DNA of 64,000 nucleotides, taken from the sequence record DRR378314_1512. One strand, 5' to 3'. The notes under the pieces were generated by a model that was given only the letters and a program-made list of their open reading frames with translations, did no database searches and was not told the origin of the DNA. Below, in pieces: positions 49,216-59,286 of the stretch. Positions within the stretch are counted from its first letter, which is position 1. Each line of letters begins with the position of its first letter. The position numbers and the translations under genes were made by a program.

Positions 49216-50466
49216 ATGCAAAAATATTCTGTGTTCTCGCTCGCCCGGAATGCGTTTTCCGGGCACCGCAATTGGCCTCGGGCCTGGCGCTCTCTGCCAT
49301 TGAAGGATCAGTACGACGTTGTTGTGATCGGGGCAGGGGGGCATGGCCTAGCCACTGCCTATTATCTGGCCAAAGAGTTCGGCATCAAAGATGTGGCCGT
49401 GCTGGAGCGTGGTTGGCTGGGTGGAGGCAACATCGCACGCAACACGGTGACCATCCGTTCGAATTATATGCGTGACGAGTCGATCCCGTTCTACGTCAAA
49501 TCCGTCGCCATGTATGAGGGGCTCACGCATGAGCTGAACTTCAACATGATGCATTCGAAACGCACCATGGTGGATGTTGTACAGACCTGGCCCAAACTGC
49601 GCGAATTGCGGCGTCGGCAGCTGGCGATGGATATTTATGGTTCGACTTATGAACAGATTTCGTTGAACGAGCTGCGCCAAAGAATCCCGGCATTGACCGG
49701 AGGAGGACCCGATGCACGTTTGCCCGTGATCTGCGGTATGGTGCATACGGATGCGGGCGTGAACCGGCATGACGCGGTGGCTTGGGGATATGCGCGTGCA
49801 GCCGATGCGCTTGGGGTCGAGATCCATCAGCAAACTGCGGTGCAATCTCTGATCCGTGGGACCGATGGCAATATCAGCGGTATTGAAACAAATCGCGGCA
49901 CCGTGCGCGCCAAGAAAGTCGTTGTCGCAGTCTCCGGCCATACCACAACATTGACCGAAACGGCTGGGCTGAAGCTTCCTCTGCGCACGATGAACCTGAC
50001 GGCATTTGTGTCCGAACCGGTTCAGCCGTTGGTGGACGTCATTGTGAACTGCCCCGACAGTGGGTTCTATTTCAGCCAATCCGACAAAGGCGAGATGGTG
50101 ATCGGTGGTGCGCCGGATATGGGTCAGAGTTTTCGCCGCGATATCAAGCAGAACGTGTTCGAAGACACGGTGACGGCGATGCTGTCACTGTTCCCGTCTT
50201 TCAAAAAACTGAAACTGATGCGGCAATGGGGCGGACATCTGGATATCGCCCATGATGCCTCACCCATCATGGATCAGACCGAAATACCGGGGCTGTTCGT
50301 CACCGCCGGCTGGTGGGGGGGATACAAGGCTATTCCTGCTGGCGGGCTGACGCTTGCTCATCTGGTGGCCAAAGAGGAGCCGCATCCCTTGATGTCCTCG
50401 TTCACGCTCAATCGGTTCCGCCATCTGGATTTTGTGATGGAAGCCGGGACAACGACAGCGAGATAG
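49216..50466 (+). CDS. soxB: Heterotetrameric sarcosine oxidase-family beta subunit (divergent)
   Basis: YDVVVIGAGGHGLATAYYLAK, GGGNIARNT, RHDAVAWGYAR, AFVSEP, RQWGG. Confidence 0.88.
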   Translation: MQKYSVFSLARNAFSGHRNWPRAWRSLPLKDQYDVVVIGAGGHGLATAYYLAKEFGIKDVAVLERGWLGGGNIARNTVTIRSNYMRDESIPFYVKSVAMYEGLTHELNFNMMHSKRTMVDVVQTWPKLRELRRRQLAMDIYGSTYEQISLNELRQRIPALTGGGPDARLPVICGMVHTDAGVNRHDAVAWGYARAADALGVEIHQQTAVQSLIRGTDGNISGIETNRGTVRAKKVVVAVSGHTTTLTETAGLKLPLRTMNLTAFVSEPVQPLVDVIVNCPDSGFYFSQSDKGEMVIGGAPDMGQSFRRDIKQNVFEDTVTAMLSLFPSFKKLKLMRQWGGHLDIAHDASPIMDQTEIPGLFVTAGWWGGYKAIPAGGLTLAHLVAKEEPHPLMSSFTLNRFRHLDFVMEAGTTTAR

Positions 50467-50480
50467 GAAAGGCCAGGATC

Positions 50481-50738
50481 ATGATGCTAATACCCTGCCC
50501 ATTCTGCGGCGAACGTAGTGAAAGTGAATTTATCTATGGCGGCCCGGTTGGTGCTGATCGCCCCGATCCGAATACCGTTAGCGATGCGGAATGGGTTGAA
50601 TACCTGACCGTGGCGCCAAACCCATTAGGACCGGTCCATGAGCGTTGGTGGCATGCGCGGGGTTGCGGTGAGTGGCTTGCAATCTGGCGCGATACCCGAA
50701 CCCACGACATAGTGGAGGCACCAGATGACTCAAAGTAA
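50481..50738 (+). CDS. soxD: Sarcosine oxidase-family delta subunit
   Basis: IPCPFCGER..EF, ERWWHARGC, RDTRTH. Confidence 0.9.
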   Translation: MMLIPCPFCGERSESEFIYGGPVGADRPDPNTVSDAEWVEYLTVAPNPLGPVHERWWHARGCGEWLAIWRDTRTHDIVEAPDDSK

Positions 50739-53592
50739 CCGCCACGCATTGGGTGGACGCATCGATCGAGGTCAGCCCCTGCGTTTTGCGTTTAACGGCA
50801 AGTCTTACGAAGGGTTTGAAGGCGATACATTAGCCTCGGCTCTGGTGGCAAATGGTGTTCGTGTTACGGCACGCAGTTTCAAATATCACCGCCCACGTGG
50901 CATTGTCGGCCATGGCCCGGAAGAACCGGCAACGCTGGTGGAACTTGAAGGCGAGGACGCTTCGGGGAACCGTCCGGCAACCACCATTCCTCTGCGTGAG
51001 GGGTTGAGGGCGCGTTCGGTCAATTGTTGGCCATCGCCCGAGTTTGATTTGGGCGGGGTCAATCAACTGCTTGGCCGCTTTATTCCTGCTGGTTTTTATT
51101 ACAAGACATTCAAATGGCCCAATTGGCACCTGTTCGAGCCCTCAATCCGCAAAGCTGCCGGTCTGGCCGCGGCACCGAATAATCCACCGTCCTCGGGGCA
51201 TTTCGAAGCCCGTCATGCGCATACCGACGTGCTGATCGCAGGCGCAGGTCCGGCCGGGCTGCAGGCGGCGCTTGAGGCGGGCAGGGCGGGTAAACGCGTC
51301 TTCCTTGCTGATGAAGGTACTGAGGCAGGCGGCAGCCTGTTGAACCGAAACCTGACCATCAACGGGCAACCAGCAATGGGCTGGGTGGACGACGCGGTTC
51401 AAGAGCTGCGCGAGATGACCAACGTCACCCATCTGCAGAACGCCACGGTCTGGGCCTATCGTGAGCACAATCTGCTGATTGTAAATGAACGTAATCCTGA
51501 ACAAGACCGCATCATTGAGCGTTCGTGGCGCGTACGGGCAGGCGAAGTTATCATCGCCACGGGTGCTACAGAACGTGCCATGGTCTTCAGCAATAATGAT
51601 CGGCCAGGGGTCATGTTAGCGTCGTCGGTCCAAGCCTATGTAAACCGATGGGGTGTTACTCCGGGTAAACGGTTGGTGTTATTCACTAATAACAATAGCG
51701 TATACGCAGTAGCGTCTGATTTGGTAGCGACCGGGATAAGGGTTGAGGCCATTCTCGACAGTCGTGCGACTGTGCCTCAGGCCACTCTGGATATGGTGCC
51801 CGGATTGTCGGTGCACGCTTCAACCGTTGTCGGAGACGTGCGGGGGCGCAAGGGGGTCAAAGCTGCAAAGGCTGTATCCGCAACGGGTGTAGAAAGCTGG
51901 ATTGAATGTGATGTTCTGGCGCATTCAGGGGGGTGGAATCCGACCGTACATTTGTGGTCACAATCTCGCAGTTCGCTGCAGTTTGACGAAAGGCTTGCGG
52001 CTTTTCTTCCTGATCAAGCGGCGCAGAATTGCACAGCTATTGGTGCCGCAGCCGGACATCTGGCGCTGGATCGGATCATCGAGGGGGGCGAGGATCTTGC
52101 ATATGAGATCGAGCCGCTCTGGCGTGTCGACCTGCCAGACCAGCGTGGAAAGGCGTTTTTGGATATTCAGAATGACGTATCCGTCAGCGATGTGCATCTG
52201 GCCCTGCGCGAGGGCTATGACAATGTCGAACATGTGAAACGCTACACCACGGGCGGCATGGGCATCGATCAGGGTAAGACCGGGAATATCAACATCATCG
52301 GCACTGTCGCGATGCAAAAAGGCGTACCGCTGCAAGAGGTTGGCACGACCACGTTCCGGTCCCCATACACGCCTGTTTCATTCGGCGCGATTGGTGGATT
52401 ACGAGAGGGCTCGGTTCTGTTCCCGTACCGTCATACCCCTGTAACCCAGTGGAATGAGGATAACGGGGCAGTCATGTACGAAGCCGGTGCGCGTTGGCGG
52501 CGGCCCGGCTATTTCCCCGAACAAGGCGAAGGCCTTCAGGAGGCGGTGAACCGCGAATGCCGAGCGGTTCGGGAAGGGGTTGGCGTCTATGATGGCTCTC
52601 CGCTTGGCACATTCGAGTTGAAGGGGCGGGATGTCCCGCAATTCCTCGATTTTATCTACTCGAACGTGATGTCTTCGCTGACGCCCGGCAATGGGCGCTA
52701 TGGGCTGATGTTGTCGGATGATGGGCTGATCCTCGATGACGGTGTGGTGTTCCGGCTGGATGATCATCGATGGCTTGTTTCAACGTCTACCGGCCACGCT
52801 GATGCAATGAACCAGCATATGGAAAAGCTGCTTCAGACCGAATTCCCCGATTGGCAGGTCATGATCACCACTGTGACAAGCCAATGGAACAACGCCACGA
52901 TCTGCGGCCCGCGCGCGCGGGACGTGATGCAAGCCCTTGGAACGGATATCGACCTGTCGCCCGAGGCGTTTCCGTTCATGTCTTTCAGGGATGGGACAGT
53001 CGCGGGTTTCCCCGCGCGCGTTGTCCGGGTCAGTTTTACAGGTGAGCTGTCGTTCGAGGTCAATGTAGCCCCGCGCCACATGGCGGCGTTGTGGGACAAG
53101 GTACTAGAGGCAGGTGAACCCTTTGGAATCCTACCCGTGGGTTCGGAATCCAGCCATGTGTTGCGGGTCGAAAAGGGTTTTCTGTCGCTGGGGCACGAAG
53201 TTGACGGTACAGCGGACGCCTATGACCTTGGGATGGGTTGGGTCATGTCGAAGAAAAAGACGGACTATTTGGGCAAACGCTCGATCCTACTGCGCCGCGA
53301 GGGTGCATCAACCCGCAGGGAACTTGTTGGAATTCTGCCGGATGATCCCAACAAACAAGTGCCCGAGGGCGCGCCGCTGACACCCGGAGGCCGAAAGGAA
53401 GCTACCGAGGGGCTTGTAACAGCGTGTGTCTGGAGTGTGGTAAACGACCGTTGGGTCGGGTTGGCATTGCTGCAGGGCGGGCATGGTCGGCATGGGGAAA
53501 CCGCCCATGTCCGGCTGAAAGATGAGGTGATCCCAGTCAAGATCACCAAACCAGTATTCCATGATCCCGATGGCAATCTGTTAAGGTCCTGA
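50725..53592 (+). CDS. soxA: Sarcosine oxidase-family alpha subunit
   Basis: GDTLASAL, RSFKYHRPRG, AGFYYKTF, KRYTTGGMG.DQGK, RVSFTGELSFE. Confidence 0.92.
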   Translation: MTQSNRHALGGRIDRGQPLRFAFNGKSYEGFEGDTLASALVANGVRVTARSFKYHRPRGIVGHGPEEPATLVELEGEDASGNRPATTIPLREGLRARSVNCWPSPEFDLGGVNQLLGRFIPAGFYYKTFKWPNWHLFEPSIRKAAGLAAAPNNPPSSGHFEARHAHTDVLIAGAGPAGLQAALEAGRAGKRVFLADEGTEAGGSLLNRNLTINGQPAMGWVDDAVQELREMTNVTHLQNATVWAYREHNLLIVNERNPEQDRIIERSWRVRAGEVIIATGATERAMVFSNNDRPGVMLASSVQAYVNRWGVTPGKRLVLFTNNNSVYAVASDLVATGIRVEAILDSRATVPQATLDMVPGLSVHASTVVGDVRGRKGVKAAKAVSATGVESWIECDVLAHSGGWNPTVHLWSQSRSSLQFDERLAAFLPDQAAQNCTAIGAAAGHLALDRIIEGGEDLAYEIEPLWRVDLPDQRGKAFLDIQNDVSVSDVHLALREGYDNVEHVKRYTTGGMGIDQGKTGNINIIGTVAMQKGVPLQEVGTTTFRSPYTPVSFGAIGGLREGSVLFPYRHTPVTQWNEDNGAVMYEAGARWRRPGYFPEQGEGLQEAVNRECRAVREGVGVYDGSPLGTFELKGRDVPQFLDFIYSNVMSSLTPGNGRYGLMLSDDGLILDDGVVFRLDDHRWLVSTSTGHADAMNQHMEKLLQTEFPDWQVMITTVTSQWNNATICGPRARDVMQALGTDIDLSPEAFPFMSFRDGTVAGFPARVVRVSFTGELSFEVNVAPRHMAALWDKVLEAGEPFGILPVGSESSHVLRVEKGFLSLGHEVDGTADAYDLGMGWVMSKKKTDYLGKRSILLRREGASTRRELVGILPDDPNKQVPEGAPLTPGGRKEATEGLVTACVWSVVNDRWVGLALLQGGHGRHGETAHVRLKDEVIPVKITKPVFHDPDGNLLRS

Positions 53593-53593
53593 G

Positions 53594-54091
53594 ATGAGTT
53601 ATGACGTGGAAATTGTGCGCCAAGGTCTTAATGCGCTGTTTGATCTGAAGGGGAAACCCGCTGCCATACAAAGCTGGGCAGGCGATGTCTTGCCAACGTG
53701 GCCTGAACGACCAAATTCCCGGTCTGGCCAGGATGCGGTGGAGCTGTACCATATCGGGCGAAACCATTGGATCGCCCGCGCTGCATTGGATCAGGAAGTC
53801 AAACTGGGAGAGCATCTCAGACCAACCGATTGTCCAGCAGATATCAGTATCGTGCAGGTCTCGGACACGCTGACTTTCTTTCGTGTGACCGGCCCACATG
53901 CCGACGAAGTAATGTCCATTGCATGCCCATTGGATTTTCATGAAACTGAGTTCAGCGAAGATGCTGTTACCTATTCCGAGCTGTTTAGCCTGAAGGCGCT
54001 GGTTATGCGGTGCAAAGGTGGCTTTGAGTTCGCCGTAGAACAGAGTTTTGGCGATATGGTCGAGGACTACCTGTCCCGAGCCACCGCCTGA
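53594..54091 (+). CDS. soxG: Sarcosine oxidase-family gamma subunit
   Basis: Position after soxA; VQVSD..FRVTGP, CPLDFH, SFGD. Confidence 0.8.
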   Translation: MSYDVEIVRQGLNALFDLKGKPAAIQSWAGDVLPTWPERPNSRSGQDAVELYHIGRNHWIARAALDQEVKLGEHLRPTDCPADISIVQVSDTLTFFRVTGPHADEVMSIACPLDFHETEFSEDAVTYSELFSLKALVMRCKGGFEFAVEQSFGDMVEDYLSRATA

Positions 54092-54106
54092 AGGGAGAGA
54101 GAGCGA

Positions 54107-54520
54107 ATGGCCCGCACCCATATTCACAAGTACCAGACCCGGTATCACGCGCAGGCGACCTATTCCAAGGCGATCCGCGCGCGGGGTGATTTTGTCTTTA
54201 TGCAAGGGCAGGTTGGAACCTTGCTGGATGGGACACTCATCGGTGAAGGCGACCCCGGCGCGCAAGCGGATCAGGCCTGCCGCAACATTCAGCGCTGGAT
54301 GGAAGAGGCCGGCGGCAGCCTTGCCGATGTTTGCAAGTTGACGGTTTATGTCACCGATATCTCTTACCGGCCTGCCGTTTACGAGGCGATCAATCGTTGG
54401 TTCGAGGGCGTGCATCACTGTTCGACCGGAGTGGTCGTGCAGGGGTTGGCCGACCCGACTTTGCTGGTTGAAATTGATGCAATGGCCGTCATCGACGACG
54501 ATCCAAACGAAAGCGCCTGA
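54107..54520 (+). CDS. RidA/YjgF/UK114 family protein lacking the catalytic Arg
   Basis: FMQGQVG, VYVTD, HCSTGVVV..LA..LLVEIDA. Confidence 0.85.
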   Translation: MARTHIHKYQTRYHAQATYSKAIRARGDFVFMQGQVGTLLDGTLIGEGDPGAQADQACRNIQRWMEEAGGSLADVCKLTVYVTDISYRPAVYEAINRWFEGVHHCSTGVVVQGLADPTLLVEIDAMAVIDDDPNESA

Positions 54521-54602
54521 TATTCGGCGTCAGATGAGTTGTGCTGAATTTTGCGGTATGACAGGGTCCCGATGCGCCGCCTGGACTTGTCAGTGAACTG
54601 AA

Positions 54603-55535
54603 ATGTTTTCGACCCTGACCTCGATATTGCCGATCTTTCTGATCATTGCGTTGGGCCTGGCCCTTCGCAAAGGTGGAATTCCCAGCACCGATTTCTGGAA
54701 CCTGAATGACAAGCTGGTCTACTGGGTTCTGATGCCGTGCCTGCTGTTCACGAAAATTTCGCTATCGCCTTTGGATAAATCCGCGCTTGGCCTTTATTCA
54801 GTGACCATATTGGGTGGATTTCTGGCGGCGCTGGTTTTTGCCGTCATCACCGCGCGACTGCTGGGATATTCGGCACCACAGGCGACGTCGATCCTTCAGG
54901 GAAGTGCGCGGCACAACTCGTTCATTGGTCTTGCGCTTGCAGCCAATCTCTTTGGTCCTGCAGGGTTTGACATCGCGATTTTGGCGACTGCGATACTGGT
55001 GCCGATCACCAATATAGTTATGGTGGTCATGATGGTCGGGGCGCTGAAACAGGATACCGCAACCCGCCTGCCGGTCGCCATCCTGCGCGAGCTTGGGCGC
55101 AACCCTTATGTCATTTCGATCCTGTTGGCTGTTGGGGCAAATCAGGTGATCGGTGATCGCATTCCTGTTGTCCATGACGTAGCAGACATTCTGGGGGCGG
55201 GTGCCTTGCCGATTACTTTACTGGCGGTTGGTGCAAACCTGCGTGTTCGGGCCATGGCGGCGAGCTTGATGCCCTTGGTACTGGCCTTTGTTGGTAAGAT
55301 GATGGTGTTTCCGCTGGCAGCATTGAGTATTGGGATACTAGTCGGGCTTCCGCAGGATGTGCTGATGATCGCGGTGGTTTATTCGGTGGTTCCAACTGGG
55401 GCTTCTTCTTATACCTTGTCCAAGCAATTGGGCGGGGACGCGCCGTTGATGGCCGCCATAGTGACACTTCAGACCCTTATTGCAGCCGTCAGCATCCCAA
55501 TTTCACTGGCGATATTATTGCCTTTGATTGGTTAA
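54603..55535 (+). CDS. AEC (auxin efflux carrier) family transporter
   Basis: KLVYWVLMPCLLF, RHNSFIG, PTGASSYTLSKQLGGDA. Confidence 0.88.
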   Translation: MFSTLTSILPIFLIIALGLALRKGGIPSTDFWNLNDKLVYWVLMPCLLFTKISLSPLDKSALGLYSVTILGGFLAALVFAVITARLLGYSAPQATSILQGSARHNSFIGLALAANLFGPAGFDIAILATAILVPITNIVMVVMMVGALKQDTATRLPVAILRELGRNPYVISILLAVGANQVIGDRIPVVHDVADILGAGALPITLLAVGANLRVRAMAASLMPLVLAFVGKMMVFPLAALSIGILVGLPQDVLMIAVVYSVVPTGASSYTLSKQLGGDAPLMAAIVTLQTLIAAVSIPISLAILLPLIG

Positions 55536-55551
55536 GGCCACGCAGACCCAT

Positions 55552-56841
55552 TCAGTCCGGTGGGTTGAGGATACTGCCCACCCATTGTGCGATATCAAGC
55601 AACCGGGCATCGCTGCCGCGCGGTGCGATAAGCTGTACACCCAGCGGCAACCCGTCTGCATTGGTGCCAAAAGGGACCGCCACGGATGGTATCTGCAACA
55701 GGTTCCACATGCGTGAGAACAACGGATCGCCGGTTGCTTCCAACCCTACCGGGGCCGAACCTGGAGCAGACGGAACAAGAAGGGCGTCGGTATCCCTAAA
55801 AAGCTGTTCCAATATCATTACAGCGCGGTCTCGGACGGTTTTTGCGTGTTGGTAATTCGCCTCGCTGACCTCGAGCCCGGTTTCTATCAGAGCGTGGAAT
55901 TGGGGGCTGATCGCCGGAATCCCCTTTTCGAACTCATCGCGGCGCAGTCGGGCGGCTTCATAAGCCATCACTGTGTTATGCGCCGCTGTCAAGTCGGCAA
56001 AAATCTCAGGGTGTGCAATCTCACCCGCCTCGGCCCCTGTTCCTGCGATGGCAGACAAGGCGCGGGCGCAGGTGTCACGCATTTCGATCGAACCATCCAT
56101 CCAATGCGGACCGCGCATCAGGCTGATGCGAGGCAGATTGTCCTCGAACTGTGCAGCTTGTGGAGGGTTTGTGCCGCGCAACACCGCATCGGCCAGCGCC
56201 AAGTCCTTTGGATCGCGGGCGAGAACGCCGAGTGTATCAAGGCTTGGCGACAATCCCATCACCCCTGCAAGTGGATAGCCATGGATCGTGGGGCGAAATC
56301 CATAGACCCCGCAATAAGCCGCAGGTCTGATCAGTGATGCAGCTGTCTGCGACCCAAAGGCCAACGGGGCCATAAAATCAGCTACGGCGGCGGCAGAGCC
56401 CGATGAAGACCCGCCCGGCGTATGCGCCAGATTGTGCGGGTTTGCCGTTTTGCCGGGCCGGAAATAGGCAAACTCGGTCGTGACTGTTTTGCCGATGGGA
56501 ATAGCGCCCGCATCCAGAAACATCTGAACGCAGGCCGCGTTTCTGACTGGCCGGCGGTCGGAATACAGGTCACTGCCCCAACCCGTCGGCATGTCGTCTG
56601 TATCGATGATATCCTTGATCACGAAGGGTACACCATGCAACGGCCCGTTTGCATGCTGCAGGTCGGCGGCTATCGCACGATCCATCGCGCGATCCGCATC
56701 GAGATACTGAAACGCCCCGATGTCGGGTTCACGCAGTGCGATACGATCCAGATGCGCCTGCATAACCTCTGAGGGTTTGACCTCTCTCATCTTGATCAGT
56801 TGGGCAAGGTCGCGCGCGCTGCGGCGGTTCAGGTCGGTCAT
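55552..56841 (-). CDS. Amidase signature family protein
   Basis: GPLHGVPFVIKD, TPGGSSSGSAAAV, GSQTAASLIRPAAYCG. Confidence 0.92.
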   Translation of the reverse strand: MTDLNRRSARDLAQLIKMREVKPSEVMQAHLDRIALREPDIGAFQYLDADRAMDRAIAADLQHANGPLHGVPFVIKDIIDTDDMPTGWGSDLYSDRRPVRNAACVQMFLDAGAIPIGKTVTTEFAYFRPGKTANPHNLAHTPGGSSSGSAAAVADFMAPLAFGSQTAASLIRPAAYCGVYGFRPTIHGYPLAGVMGLSPSLDTLGVLARDPKDLALADAVLRGTNPPQAAQFEDNLPRISLMRGPHWMDGSIEMRDTCARALSAIAGTGAEAGEIAHPEIFADLTAAHNTVMAYEAARLRRDEFEKGIPAISPQFHALIETGLEVSEANYQHAKTVRDRAVMILEQLFRDTDALLVPSAPGSAPVGLEATGDPLFSRMWNLLQIPSVAVPFGTNADGLPLGVQLIAPRGSDARLLDIAQWVGSILNPPD

Positions 56842-58031
56842 GCACCCAGTGCTTTCACCGCAGCGCTGAACGGATCAACCGGCATATCGTAAACGCCGCC
56901 TCCCAACCGTCCGGCCTGACCCATCCGATCAAGGATACCCAATCCAATTGCCGGACCTGATCCTTGCGCCACTGCACCGCGCGCGGTCGAACCAAGCCGA
57001 ATATCCAACGCGCGGAAATAGGGATGAGCACCGGCTGAAAGGCCAGTCATGCGGGCCTCGGAATTGCCGGGCAGATAGGCACCAAGTGTCTTTTTCTGTT
57101 CCGGGCTAAGCTCGATAGCCATGGCGCCCAGACCAAAAGCCTCGACCACGGCGCTGTCCCCGATTGCGCCAAGGGCGCGATCTTGGGGCAAGTCTGTATC
57201 GAAACGCCCCTTGGGCGGTGTTGCCGGAACTGTAAACCATTGTCCGGGCAGGCCCGAGATCTGGATACCAACCTCTTGCCCATTTCCACCCGCCGCAGTG
57301 ACAAAACTGGAGCCTTCGACCCCTTCAGCAAGTTTCATCATCAACTTTGTCGCTGCCATCCAGAGATTGAGGAACAACGAAGGTGAGCTTTCCATGAATT
57401 CCAGCGCTTCTTCGTCGCGAATACCGCCGATTGTGCGGTCCTTCAGCTCAGCAACCAACGCTTTGCCTGCGATTGGGGTGCGCCCGTGACAATCATCACC
57501 GCCCATCAGGCCCTCGACGGCCAGCGGAACCAGAGCGATCCCTTCTGCCATACCATTCTGCAAAACATCCAGAAAGCGTGTGTTCAGCCAGCGAATGTGT
57601 TCAAGCACAGCCTCTGACCGTAGACCCAACCGCAAGGACGGGCGTGCGCCGCCATTGATTGGTGCAAAAACCCGCGTCTGACCGCGCCAAGCATCATAAA
57701 CTGTGTGCAGTGGCATCGAGGCTGAAACCACGGCCGCCAACGGCGTGACAACATCGTGATCCTGTGCCGGACGCATCTTAATTTCACCTGCCATGATCAT
57801 GGCTTCGGCTTGATCAAAATCCCGGGCCAGTCCTTCCCAGACCGCCGAAACACACGCCGAGTTCAGGATAGGGGCAGTAATTTGAGCGGGGCTGGAAAAC
57901 GCCGGACCGGCGTGCAGCAGCACATTGTCAGCCAGCCCAACCGCGTCGGCTGCGGAATTGAAACGGTTCCAGACCGGTTGTGTGACCATCGCGCGGTCGA
58001 ATGCCAACTGATCGGCAGGGTGCAGGGTCAT
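56838..58031 (-). CDS. DUF1116 (YlbE/AllG/YahG-like) protein
   Basis: LLHAGP, WEGLA, GDDCHGR, FLNLWMAA, AAGGNG, IGDSAVVE. Confidence 0.8.
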   Translation of the reverse strand: MTLHPADQLAFDRAMVTQPVWNRFNSAADAVGLADNVLLHAGPAFSSPAQITAPILNSACVSAVWEGLARDFDQAEAMIMAGEIKMRPAQDHDVVTPLAAVVSASMPLHTVYDAWRGQTRVFAPINGGARPSLRLGLRSEAVLEHIRWLNTRFLDVLQNGMAEGIALVPLAVEGLMGGDDCHGRTPIAGKALVAELKDRTIGGIRDEEALEFMESSPSLFLNLWMAATKLMMKLAEGVEGSSFVTAAGGNGQEVGIQISGLPGQWFTVPATPPKGRFDTDLPQDRALGAIGDSAVVEAFGLGAMAIELSPEQKKTLGAYLPGNSEARMTGLSAGAHPYFRALDIRLGSTARGAVAQGSGPAIGLGILDRMGQAGRLGGGVYDMPVDPFSAAVKALGA

Positions 58032-58654
58032 GATCCCTCCGGCGGGATGATCCAGGTTTCTGAGAAGTAGAGAAACGCAGTTGTAGTCTCATACCCGGCC
58101 TGCACTCGCGTGCCCAGCTTGCCCGGCAGTGCGCGGCCATTGACGATGATCTGGGCCGAATGGGCAGGGACCAGCAGCGAGAACATGTTTTGTTCGCCTG
58201 ACGCGACCTCATGCGGGGATAACTCCAACGCGCGGGGTGGTTCAAAACCTTCCCAAACCAATTCAACCGTCAGAGTGCCGCCTGAAATCGTTTCGGTGTA
58301 GCGGTGGCTCATGGGGTCGCCCGAGCTGCGTACGGCCTGAGCTCCGATTTCCGGCAGAGTGGCAAAAGACGGTGCATTGGCGAATGCGGCCAGTTTGCTG
58401 ATAAAATTCATTTTCAGGAACGAGGTTAGGTCAGGATTGTCGCTGAGAATGACGTTTGGTGCCTCGGGTGGTCCATCAACCTGATCAGGTGATCCCAATA
58501 ACAGCAACACCTGCCCTTGACCGACTGGCGACCAAGCAACGCGAAAGAAAAGCGCCATGGCGCTGAAATTGTCGTTCTCATCCTTAAGAAGGATACCAGG
58601 GTTTTCACCGGTCCAGTCGACAACACCTGGGGTGATTGGTTCGTTCAGGGGCAT
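58028..58654 (-). CDS. Hypothetical protein (paralog B)
   Basis: VDWTGENPGILLK, FFRVAWSPVGQG, TAFLYFSETW; translationally coupled to neighbours. Confidence 0.8.
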   Translation of the reverse strand: MPLNEPITPGVVDWTGENPGILLKDENDNFSAMALFFRVAWSPVGQGQVLLLLGSPDQVDGPPEAPNVILSDNPDLTSFLKMNFISKLAAFANAPSFATLPEIGAQAVRSSGDPMSHRYTETISGGTLTVELVWEGFEPPRALELSPHEVASGEQNMFSLLVPAHSAQIIVNGRALPGKLGTRVQAGYETTTAFLYFSETWIIPPEGS

Positions 58655-59286
58655 CAGTCGTCCTCCGCTGGAGTGACCCAGGTTTCCGAGAAGGCCAGAA
58701 AGGCCGTGCTCATCGTGCGGCCAAAGAACTGGCGATCTGCCACCTGACCGGGCAGGGCGGTGCCGTTGATCCTGATCTGCGCCTGCTTGGCTTCAAGAAA
58801 TACGGAATACATCTCGTGCTCTTTGGTGGCCGAATTTTCGCGGGTCACTTCAACCGGCAGCGGCGGCCCCATATCCTGCCAGATCATTTCCAGTGTCACG
58901 CCCGAACCACGCAGGGTTTCCGAATAGCGTGTCTTGAGGTCGCCGGGCCGCTTTTCAACGCTGTCACAATCCAGCCACGTCATGGCTTGCAGTCCGGGTT
59001 TGCCGACGAAGGTCGGCATCTTGGTGACCCAGCCGTCGACGATCCAGCGCATCATGCGCTGGTTGTCGGTCATGATCAGGTTGGGGACATTCGGCCAGCC
59101 GCTGGCTTCATCTGGGGCGCCAAGTACGATGGCGGCATGGCCACGCCCATATGGCGACAAAACCACGCGAAAAAACAAAGCCAACGTATCGTAATGCGTC
59201 TGATCGGGCTGTTGTTTGAGGTATATGCCTGGGTTCTCGCCCGACCAATCAACTCGGCCCGGGTTGTGGGGAATGCGCGTGTTCAT
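58654..59286 (-). CDS. Hypothetical protein (paralog A)
   Basis: VDWSGENPGIYLK, FFRVVLSPYGRG, TAFLAFSETW; ATGA overlap with the Rieske stop. Confidence 0.8.
   Translation of the reverse strand: MNTRIPHNPGRVDWSGENPGIYLKQQPDQTHYDTLALFFRVVLSPYGRGHAAIVLGAPDEASGWPNVPNLIMTDNQRMMRWIVDGWVTKMPTFVGKPGLQAMTWLDCDSVEKRPGDLKTRYSETLRGSGVTLEMIWQDMGPPLPVEVTRENSATKEHEMYSVFLEAKQAQIRINGTALPGQVADRQFFGRTMSTAFLAFSETWVTPAEDD

Noticed and set aside
51661-51720. Lower-GC patch within soxA (26 of 60 G+C)
   Set aside because: Too short, frame intact and flanks normal; no evidence of mosaicism
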